A DNA stretch of 63,865 nucleotides, the filler included, from Bipalium vagum (lineage: Eukaryota), in the NCBI GenBank assembly GCA_037834085.1. It is 3 parts of 3 records of this genome, joined end to end, with 100 filler letters (N's around TTAATTAATTAA, not from the genome) between each part and the next. Parts side by side here need not be neighbours in the genome. Positions count along the whole stretch, not along the records: positions 26,347 to 47,701 come from JBBMKC010238553.1; 2 more parts are not named here. The stretch is one strand, 5' to 3'. Under the pieces are notes generated by a model. That model did no database searches, was not told the DNA's origin, and worked only from the letters and a program-made list of their open reading frames with translations. The position numbers were made by a program, and so were the translations under genes. How positions within the stretch are numbered: position 1 is the stretch's first letter; every line of letters begins with the position of its first letter. Positions 28,701 to 40,700 of the stretch are shown here, one piece after another.

Positions 28701-31700
28701 TTTGACAGAAGGGCTTTTTGGTGCCCACTCAGTAATTTTCCTGCCTGGAGCCAATGCATGAATCTGTTGTTCAGGGTTAACATATAAATCCTGTACGACG
28801 TATCCATGATTGCTAAGTGTCTCCAAGCAGAAACCAAGTGTCATTCCTCATGTTTCCTACGTTTTAAGATCAGTTTTGTCCTGAAGGACTTCCACTGATC
28901 AGGAATTCTGTAGAATCTAGTGATGTGATTGAACAAACCCTGCAGAAAAACATGTTAAGGGTCGATGATTTTCCAATCATCATATGTAATCCAATCACTG
29001 TCTGAGGAGAATTTCGAAGTACTCTTGAAAACTATTTCGATTTCAGAGATGTCAATTTCCACATCTTTCGACCCACGGGATTTCGTGAAATCATTAAAGA
29101 AATCCAAGTTTATTCCGGGACGACGGTTTCCTAAAATAATTTTGGAACTCCAATTTGATTGGGTACGAAGTGGCAGTAGCAGCGACTCAAAAATCTCTTT
29201 TTGGTTCTGGTCAAACCGACATTGGATTGAGAATGCCTTTTTACCACTGTTCAGTGATGCCATGATGGGTTTTCCCACTTTTTCTCCCTTTCAGGATGTA
29301 AAAGCAGTATTGCTTTTTTGGCTAAGTGTAGTATTTCAGTCAAATCGGCGTTCGGGTCAATAAACTGATCTAGTTGATTTAAAAGGATTTCATGGGTATG
29401 AACGTTTCGAGGGCAGTGAAATTTTTTTTAATTCTCACAAAAATTAACCGCATATTGAACGATAAAATACCCGCAATCATCATTTCGGACCTGTAGGGGT
29501 CGATTGGGTAACGCGCGGGGTTCTAGCCTGAGATCTTCCTGAGGTGCGCTGAAACTTTAAATAATCTTGGTTAAATTTATTAACAGTTCCGTCTCATCCC
29601 CATAACATTCTCGAGTCATGGGGTCCAGCAAGTAAGTGGAATTGGTTGATCTATCAGCCAAGAAGGTGATCCAATGTTCCACATTCCAGTGGATTGGCCA
29701 GATAACTTTTTGCCAATTAAACAGTTCAGCAAATGGGAAAAGCTTATAAAAGTCCACCAGTCTCTTTTTCATGAGAGCTGTGGATGTTCCGGGCCTAATA
29801 TATACAATTTTTGTATAGAATTCAAGCTTGGTCCGGATGTAGACTTCTATAGCCTTCCTACCAAGTCAATCCAGCTTGAAATCTTGGTCATTCAGCTCTA
29901 TTTCTAGGGCCGGTGCCGAGAATTTACTCGCTGGTAGTTTTTGGACTGTTTGGTGTGCTTCCAAGTGATGGAAAAAATACAATCCACAATATACTGATCA
30001 GTACGATAAGTCTCTAATAAGTACAATAACTGAAAAATGTCACCAAAAAAAAAATAATGATAAAAATAAACACACTACTGTTATAATGAAAGAGATGAAA
30101 AAAATGATCACGAAAGAGAGTTTTCAGGAAATAACACAAAAATAAATAAATAAAACGATCTCACCAAGAGCGACAAGGGGTCCCCGGGTCGCCCTCTAGG
30201 CCCTTCTCAGGTCACCTAGGGGTTCCAAAGCTTGCTGGGTCCTCTTGTAAAATCCGTGTACATAATCGTAGGGTTGAGATTAAATTACTGTAAACTGGAA
30301 TCGTCTTTGATAAAATATCCTTGGTAATCGTCTTCAGCAAAAATATCCTCAGTTTCTGGCCAATTTCTGGCAATAGCCGTCTCTTTATATAGTCGTAGAG
30401 ATTGATATACGATCACCAATCCCTACGCTTAGGGATGGTATTTTTTCTGGATTTTTACTCGCTTCATTAAAAATTATTTATTTAATTGAACTATGAATTT
30501 TGTTGTTATAAATATTTATTAAATTTCGTAATAAATTTAACCATTTCCTATTTCCTTGTTCTGTAATTTTTTAAAACATTACCTTCATTTTCTGTTAAGT
30601 AGATTTCAATCTCATTTTCATAAAATTATTCAAAAGTTTTATTATAAAGTTCTGTACCTTTATCAACTCAAAGTTTTCTTTTTTTTTGGTAGTCTCCAAA
30701 TATTGTATCAAATGCATCTGTTACAGATTTTCCAGTTTTATTTTTTAAAGGTACGGCAAAAGCATATCTGCATATTAATCAATTAATGTTTGAATTATTT
30801 TATATTCCATTTCTCGTGGTACAAATGTTAATCTGTTGACCAAATATCATCTTTATTAAAAACTTTAACTTTAAGATATTGTTTGAGTTTTCTAAATTCT
30901 TTATGAAGTTCATTTGATAATTGTTTTTATTTTTTGGTTTTAATTCTTCTTTGACTTCAAAAAGTTTTAGATTTCTAATATTTTTAGCAGCTCTCAGAAG
31001 ACTTAATCCGAAAGCTACTTTACCTTTCATAATTAATTTTACTATTGCTCTTTCAAGTTTTTCCCTTGGAGTTGGATTTTGAATTTGGTTCATTTCATGT
31101 ATCATTTCAACATCAGCAATATGTGTATCTTTAAAATCTTTTGAAATATATTTGCATCATGTTTCATTGCAGCTTGATCAACTCTGATTATTGGAATTTA
31201 ATCAATTTTTGGATTGGAGGTATATCTAGTTTTCCAGTTTTTTTGTAATTTTCTATTTTTTCATTATAGTTTTCTAATCTTTTATCAATATGTGACCCTT
31301 GCCCATAGAAATTTGCGACCGCATTTGTTTTGTTAAAAAAAATTTAAGATTTTAAATGTAATTCTATTGGATATTTCCCTGTAGTAAATTATTTGTAATT
31401 GTTGATTGAATATCGCCTCCTGTTTTAATAACAAAATTGGATATTTTTCTTTTATTTTTTCAATAGTACTTTTATTAGTACTGTTAATTTTATAAAAAGA
31501 TATGAAAATGATTATTAATTTTAGTTGGGTTGGATTATTATTCCAATAACTTTCCTTGAAAATATTCAATTTTATATAGTTTTATAAATTTTTAACAGAC
31601 CAGAGGATATCTTTTCAGTCGTAATTCCAGGTGTAAAAGATTTCCAATATAATCTCCATGAAATAGGATTTAATTTTCATATATTTTTTTATAATCATCA

Positions 31701-34700
31701 ATTGCAACAAATGATTTTAATTTTATTTTAATATTATTTATTAATTTCTGAACATCTTCAGACTCTTTTGTTATTTTTATGATTGCATCATTAACATTTT
31801 TATTATTATTTTCTATGGTCTTAAAATCTTTTGCATTAGAATCTATCACTTCAGGTTGCCATTTTATAAGTGTTTAAATAAATGATAAAACTTGTGTTTT
31901 AAATTTTCCATATTTTTAAAGTTTCATTTCAAGATCTTTGATACTTTTTAGATCTTCTTCAGGCTTTGATGCGCGTTGTGATATTTCTTTTTCGACTTTC
32001 TCATGTCTTATAAATGTCTTTTTTTTCTTCTCCAAATATTTTTAATTGATTTTGAATATTAAACACAAGGGAATTATTTGTTTAACCTACAGTTTAATTC
32101 ATATGTATTTGATTTAGAATGGATCTTAAAAACTTTTAAATCAGATGAAATCTTTGTGAAGTACTCCTTCACTTATTTAAAATTTATAACATCATTTTAA
32201 TTTATTGGTTCAGGAACATTTATTATTTTATTATTATTCATATTTAAAATTCCTTTCATAGAATCTCCTGTAACATTTAAAAATTTATTTTCACTTTCAT
32301 CTCTAATAAAATCAATTTCTTATTTAACCTCATTTTCATTATCAATATTAAATTGATAAGGTGATTTTGAATAAATATATTCTCCATTTTTAGCCATATT
32401 AACATATACTTAATCACTCGAAACCTCTGGTTTCAAAAGCGGAACTTGCATTTTTTATTTATTTTTTAATTTTAACTTATCAAAAATAAAATATTTCAAC
32501 TCTTCTAAAATTTCATCAAAATTTTTTCATTTAAATAATTGATATAAAACATATAAAGTTAATTGTCCACAATATTCTAAATTTGTTTCAGATTGAAAAT
32601 CAAATTCATTATATTCTTTAACATATTTTTCTAAATTTTTAAATGGTGGTAAACCATAAGAATCAAAGTAAAAATTTTTATAATAACCAACCAAATGAAT
32701 TCATTTTTGATTTGTATTTTGATAATTAATAATTAAAGGCACAGTTATGCTGTTTAGTCCTTTGGGTGGAATTTCTTTTTAAATTCTTTTTTCTGTGACT
32801 TTATCTCGCATTAAAACTTTTAGAGGGATTTCTAAATCTTCAGCAATATCAATTAAATCAAAATTTGTTGAGTTGATTCTATATATAAATAAAAACTCTA
32901 AAAGCGAACCGAAGGGTCTAGAATCTTCGTTTCGCAAAGGAGTTTTAATTTTTGAAAATCTAATCGATTCTTTCATTTTTTATAAAAAAATTTGCGAAAA
33001 GATTTAGATTTGGGAAAATTCTGATTATTTTTCTCATAGGGCTCAAAATATAAGCCATTTCTCTGTTGGATAATTTTGATTTTATTTTTACACATTTTCC
33101 CCAATAATTCCTTTAATTTTTTTCTTTCTGATTGCTGTAAACTTTTATATTCTGAACTGTTTAAGATTGTATCCGTTATTCCATTACCAAAATACGGGTC
33201 ATAATATACGCCCCCTCTGGAGCTTAATGTGGCTGTGCCGAAAAGAACAGCTCCAACTGTTTCGTTCGTTTTTGGTACACTTTTAGTATTAGGAGCTTCG
33301 CTCGGTTTAAGCTTTTCTATTTCCATCTGTAATTTATTTTTTCCAAATCAGTTTTCTGAGTTTCTTTTACTTTTTGAACAGCTATTGCAACACCAAGTGC
33401 AACTCCACCAGCTGCTCCTAAGTCTGCAAAGATATCACCAAGAATTGTAATTAATGGAAGAACACCACCATTGTGTACTGCTTCAGATTTTTCTTCATAA
33501 GTTTGCACACCTTCGGTGTTTACAGCTGCGCTGTGATCCTCAATTTTATCTTTAATTTGATTAATTATTTTTTACGATAGATTATATTTTTCTCCCTTGA
33601 AAGTAATATGCTTAGGTTTTCCTACTTCGATTATGTTTTGAAATTTATCCTATCCTTATTCATTTTTTTAGAAATAAAATTAATTTTTCTCATTAGCATT
33701 TATAAAAATAACAAAACTGTCTAATGGTTGGGTGGTGGTCTCTTTTTCTCAACTCTTTCCATCAACTCTTTCCATCAAGCAGTTCCGATCACCATCCTTT
33801 TCAGCGCTAGCACTTTTTTATTTATTTTCTTTTCTTTCTTTTTAATTTTTTTAAAATATTTTTTTATTAAATTAAATTTCATTAAATATCTTTATCAAGT
33901 AAAAAGTAGATCTATAAAATATTTTTGTTAGTGGTAAACTAAAATAAATAGAAATAAATTTAGTTTCCCTATTAAACATAGAGGAACTAAAAGAAATTTA
34001 ATAAGCTCATTTCAAATAGATTTATAAAATATTAAAAAAATAATTAAACTAAAATTTATGTTTAATCTTAGTCTAATGGTTCAGATGTTAGCTAACCCTG
34101 GCTGAGTATTTAAAAAAAAACTTTATTCTTTAATAACTTTTGAACCTCTTAACGGATTTTAATTCAATATATATTAAATTAAAGCTACTTACACACTGAA
34201 GATGCTAAAACCAAAGGTTCGCATGAAGCATCTTATGCAGTTTCTAAAATTAAAATTTAATAATTAAAAACGATGATTTTTGAACCTCTGAGACTTTGTC
34301 TCACATGCAGCTTCTCTACAGTTCATTTTCATTAAATCGTCCTAATATTTCTTTTCCATTTTTATCCATAATTCCATAAAAAAGTGGATTAGTTAAAAAA
34401 AAAATCTATTATAAAAATTTCTTCAGTCCATTTTGTTGTATATCCTTTCTCAATTAATTTTAGTATTTAAAAATTCTAATACGATCTCCAATATTAAATT
34501 TTGGTTTTAGTTTTAAGAAATTTGAAGTATTATTTTCATTTCTTTTTTCATTATTTCTTAATTTTGGAAGTCCTGCTTCCAAGAGCTTCGCTCGCAATTT
34601 CTCAGGATAAGTCTTAGGCTCTGCCAACTTTGTTGGACTTTTACTTGCGGAAGCTTGGCTTCCTAAAGCGGAGCTCGCTTCATTAGGAGAAGACCTTCGC

Positions 34701-37700
34701 TTAACCACTTCCAGTGGTGTCATTCCAATTTATCTATGAATTTTATTATTATAAAAATTAATTAAGTTTGGTAAATGATGTAACCTGTAATGTAAAGATG
34801 TTCTGTAAATTTTTTGAACATCATATTTTTAAGTTCTATTAAATCTTTCTGTAAAAACTGCTTTTCCCTCATTCTAAGTTGAGTAAATTTCTATTTCACT
34901 ATCATCACAAAATTCTTCAAATGTTTTATTGTAAAATTCTGTGCCTTTATCAACCCAAAGTTTTTCAGAAATCCTATTCGAATCTTCAAATATTTTATCA
35001 AACGCATCTGCAATTGATTGACCTGTTTTATTTTTTAGAGGAACAGCGAAAGCAAAACGAGTATATATATCGACAACTGTTAGAATTATTTTGTAATCTT
35101 TTTCTCCTTGGACAAAAGTTAAATCTGTTGACCAAATATCATCTTTATAAAAAAATTAAAAATTTTTAAAATTAAATTTTTTTGGCGTAAACTCTTTATG
35201 AAGTTCATTTGCTAATTGTTTACTTTTTTCAGGTGGGAGAACTTTTGAGTTCTCGAATAACGTTTCTGTTCCGATAAACTTTGTTGCTCTAGCCAAAGGC
35301 GCTATTGATTTGGAGATTCTTGGTAAATCTAATCCTAGAGCAATCTTGCTCTTCATAATTAATTTTACAATTGCTCTTTCTAGTTTTACTCTTGGAGTTG
35401 GATTTGGAATATTGTCCATTTCATGAATCATTTAGCTCCTCCTTTTTAATTATATTAGGAACTTAACAATATCAAAAATAAAAATTTTAAACTAGTTTTA
35501 ATAGACTTTCCTTAAATATGTGTATTTTTTACGACAACAAAATCATTCAAATCAATGGAAATTTTTTTTTGAAAACGTCAACCTTTTTGATGATTTAAAT
35601 ATAAAACATTATTTTTAAAAATATTTATTTAAAGAAATCTAATTTTAGAAAAAAATTAGTTCAACAAATTCCTTGAAATCCAGAAATTTATTTTGTTTAA
35701 ATAATTGATTTTAGATGTCTTCATTTGAATTTCTGATGGAGGCCATAATGTCGTTTTCTTGATTTCAATTTTTGTTCTCAAGTTTGTGTTAAGTTATCTC
35801 GGACATTACCAGTAATCACTTCCAACACTTTGGTTATTAAGTCCCGGCATTTTATTAAGAAAAATGAAAACCGTAAGCTTTTGCAATAATCTTTTAATTA
35901 ATAATTACTTTTTGTGTAAAAATTAGTACATTATCAGATCCATAAATTATTATTATTTCATTATTTCATATTTAATTTCGAGTTTAAAATTTTATTTAAA
36001 ACTTCATTTCATTAATAGCCGGTAATAATTCTGCAAAATAGATATCTATAATTTTATCTAATTTTGTCAATTAATCATATATTGTGTTGTGAAATTATTT
36101 AAATTATAAATTGGAATTTTTTGTAATTAAGGTGGATTATAATAAGTTTAAGAAATATCAATTTAAGTATAAATTTATCATGCAAAAAATGCTTCTAATA
36201 TTTTAATATATTAAAAAGTATTAATGTGATAAATTAAAAGTATTATAAATAATTAATATAGGTGATTTAGATTTTTGGATAATCCTTCATTTTAGGTCCC
36301 TAATTTAAATTTTATTAAAAATTATTTTTTAAATTTATTACACAGTAATTATTGTAAGTAGTCTAGTTAGTATTTTTAATGTATAATTAGTAGTTTTATC
36401 ATTAAAAAAAGTTTATTATTAAAAATTATAACAAATAATCTATCTAAATTATTGACATTAAATTTGTTCCTGAATACAAATTCATGCAAATATAACGTAA
36501 ACAATTAGTGTGATGTTCCGAGTTGTCAAGCGAAGTTTGCGTTTTACTCGCATCCACATATGGGAGGAATATATATATATAGAATAAGTCTAAGTAACCA
36601 AGTTATTTATGATTCTGTATTGGTAGTTGGGGCAACAAATAATTCAGGTTCCATTTTTGAAATCTTGTTTCTATTAAGTATTGAATTTGGATTCAAAAAA
36701 AATGTTGGAGATTTAGGTTTTTGTAACATATTACTAAAATAAAAGTTGAAAAATTAATAAAATAAGTAATACTAATAATTCATTAAAATAACGTTGAAAA
36801 AAAATTAAAAATTCTTAACTAGTTATAATTAATATATCAGTAATTATAATATCATAATATCATCAGTAATTATAAGTAGTTAAGAATTTTTAAAATTTAA
36901 TTTTCTTAAAATTAGGGACCTAAAATGCAGGATTACCGATTTTATGTTTAAATGTTTATTTATTAATTAAATAAATTATATAAAATTCTCATTCATTAAA
37001 AATAGTTACATATTATTTATAATTATTATTATAATTTTGTAATTAGTGAATGAAACTAAATGGATATTTATTAGAGGACATAATAAATATGTAGAGAACT
37101 ATAGACTGATGAAATTGTAGAATCTGAAGTTTGTGGTGGTATAATCCTACATGTATTAGGTCATCCGGAAAGTCCTCTGAATCTTGATTAAAAAAATCCA
37201 ACAAATTATAACGTTTATTTAACAAAATATTCTTTATTCTTTTTATTTAATTTTCGCCACAGGTCTGGTAGTTGAAAAATCCCTTTCTGATAGAAATCAG
37301 AGGTCATCCTAATGCTTTATTAAGTCTTCCAATGAATAAAACTTCTTGGTTAATGTATTTTTGAGAGATAAAAATAAATGGTAATCCGAAGGGTCAAAGT
37401 CAGATGAGTATGACGGTTGAGTATTTAAATTTCAGATTTATTTCTCACTTTGCCGCACAATTATTGTTTTGATTGTGTTATAATAATTCATAATGGATGA
37501 TTTCCTTATTAACCCATAATATAGACAGTAATATTTTTCGTGGATGAAGTTCGGCTTTGGGTTTCTGTAAACGAGTTTCACCAACGTCACCATACCTTTT
37601 TATCGTGAAATTGTCATATTGAGTTCATTTCTCATCTCCGTGATAAAAAGAAAGAAGATCGTTACTTTTCAACAGAAAATGGCAGGCTGATTCTTTTAAT

Positions 37701-40700
37701 TTCTTTATAATACTTTAGTTATCTATTCTATTCGAAATATCGTAATGATGATTTTTATTATGTTGAATGGTACTCAGAGGTCTTTAGAAAGCTGCTATTT
37801 CTCGTATTGAAATTTGGCATTTGAATTTTAGAAACCATCTTTAAAATGACTCTGTTGACAGAATCTTGTCCATAGACTTCACAAATCTTATAGGTGATAA
37901 TTTGAACACTTACCTTTAAAATAAAATAGAAATGATTCTCGAAAATTGTTCTTCCATTACTTCATTTCTGAAACTTAATAAATAATATTTTCTATTTAAA
38001 ATATTTTGTCGTTTATTTCAACCGCTGCATTTTTTATTTGCTAATATATTCAAACAAATTAAATTTATATACATACATACATATAAGTAGTGTAGATTGA
38101 AAGACAAAAATAATAACATTTCTAAAACGAAACTTTGTATTTATGACAAGTAAACTACATAGGTAAATAAACTTAATCAATTTTCTATATAACCACCTTC
38201 TGCTTCCAGGCATTTTTTCCATCGATATATCACAAAAGAGACCATTTTTGAAGAAATTAGTTGAAAAAATCATTGCAAAAAATCTTGAACTATTCGCATG
38301 AGAACTATTCGCTTTATACTCAATTCTCTGACCTCGAGATGCTTCTGTAACAAGAAAAATCACTGGGAGCAAAAACAGGACTATAAGGTAGATGTGAAAC
38401 CAGCAAAGTCTTTTCCCGTAAGACATGTGTACTTCGACTAGCCGTATAAATTGGAGCACATGAAGAGAAATAGGTCTTGATTCTTTGGCTTCCGTCGCAG
38501 CATTCTTAGATCACTAAGAAGTCACTACAGTAGTAGTGAGAGTCGATGTTTCCTTGTACAAAGTCAATTTTTACCACACATTTTGCATTTCATAATACAC
38601 TGAGAGTCCGACATTTCCGGTGAAATGTCTCTGAAGGATGCATGTTTGGTGTCTTTTCCTCAGGAAATACCCTTTCGCAAGAGTCATACCTACAGTATGG
38701 AATGTTAAGACTCAATGGGGTCTCTTCCTTTGTTACAATATTCTTCAAAAGACTGTCCAAGAGAATGATACAGGTTCAGATTTTCTTGAAATGCTTTCAT
38801 TCACTTTTGTAGCATTAGTTGTGGAACATATATGCTACATAATTTTCTCCAATACTCGAGCATGTTCTGCTCAGTATTCTTGCATAAATTAGGTTTAGTT
38901 GAAAGCTCTCTCTGGGTAATTCGTTTCTTTTATTTGAAAATTATCATCAATTTTTCTAATTTTTGTTCGTCAATTTCTGTAGGTCGTCTACTGTTCGTTT
39001 TAAAGTTTTAACACGGTAAAGCATAAATTGAATAAAAACAAGACGATATTGTCTGGTCATTAAGTCATTCCATATTTCCTTCAACGTCTGAAAATTGTTA
39101 ATAGGCACCCCATAATCTCGTTTCAGAACGCATTTTGTACTGCCCCATACAATTTAGATTGGGATCATATCTGAACTAATACTAGGCTGAAAAAAGACAT
39201 TGACATCATGAACCTATAAAAATCTTTTTGTTGATCTGGAGACCGCTTTAGGGGCATTTTCGTTTTGAAATTAACCTATATTTAATAAGATTTTGCTTAT
39301 AAACGAACGCCTATTTTACGAAGTTTTCTGTGCCTTTCTGAATTTAACGCTCCAGCTTGATACATTCATAGAAAAATTACACAAAATCATACAATTGCCT
39401 CTGCTCTAATTCACACGACTAAGCATACAATTTTCATTATGTCGTTTTCCTATACGTCGGCGCACATACTGAATAGCACCAGTTCTTAATGAAAAGCTAC
39501 AATCATCACTGAAGGTCACGTGAGAGTTACCCAAAGCTGCCCAACTCAATAATTATCAATTTTACAAAATATTATTTGTGAATTTATTATTTTGATTTTG
39601 ATTTTACTATATTATTATATTTTTTATTAGTTATCGTTTTATTTTTGTGATTTTGTGATTAGATTGTTAATTTATTTTAATGAATGAATAATTATAATAA
39701 AATAATAATAATAATAAAAAAAGACAAAATTAAAATATAAAACGTTACGTCGCGTTTGAAAGACTATAAAGCCCATGGAAGCGGAGGCGTCTGAGATAAT
39801 TATGATAATAATAAAATAAAATTTTACCTATGGATAATTTCGCCTTCGAAGAATGAATTGAATTAACTTTTATAACCTTAAATAAAATAAAATAATATAT
39901 AAAAAATATTCTTAGTACATCCACTTGAAATGGGAGGTCATCTTGGATAAGAATGAAATGTTGAAAAAAATAATAAATCTGTGGGCGAAACATTGAAATA
40001 AAAAATATAGGTCCTTTTAGAATTAAGGAAACAAATGTCACAGTTGGTGACAATAATAATACCAAAACATTAATGATAATAGTGGTAATAGGAGATCTCA
40101 TTTTATGAATAATTTTATAATGAAAATAATAATAATTATGTAGTAATAATAATTTATAAAAATTAATTAAAAAAAAAATAATACCAACAATTTTATCAGA
40201 AAATCATTAGATAAGAAATACCATAAAAATTTTTAAATATAATTACGAAATAATATATAATTATGAATAATGATGTCAAATTAATAAAGGTCATTCAAAA
40301 ACACGAATAGCAGTTGTCAGGTCAGGTGCACATGAAGAAAAAACAGCATAAATACCTAGGGAAAAATCATAAAAATTCTTCAAAAATCTAACAGTCAAAA
40401 TTTAGCAACGGGATTTCTTTAATTTTTAATAAATCTAACTTTTTTATAACTCCACTGAGCATCGAATTTCAATGAGTATATTTTTTCATGCATCAAATAA
40501 AGTAAATCTGCTAACATTAATTTTAAATAAACTTAGAAAAATTGATTAATCTTTTCTGGCCAGACCAAACCTCTCTCTTAACTTCCACCAGTAATGTTCT
40601 TCCTCTTCTTTCCTTTTCCATTTACTATTGTGAAAACCGATGGCTTTTGATATCCTCAACTCGAATACATTCAACCGAGAACAACATGACATTTAATTTT

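Larger units (their letters stand above)
30480..35435 (-). mobile_element. Polinton/Maverick (Adintovirus-like) endogenous virus remnant
   Basis: Same-strand cluster of rve integrase (twice), PLA2-like, adenain-like protease, GGVLPL glycine-rich and fibre-like pseudogenes. Confidence 0.88.
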
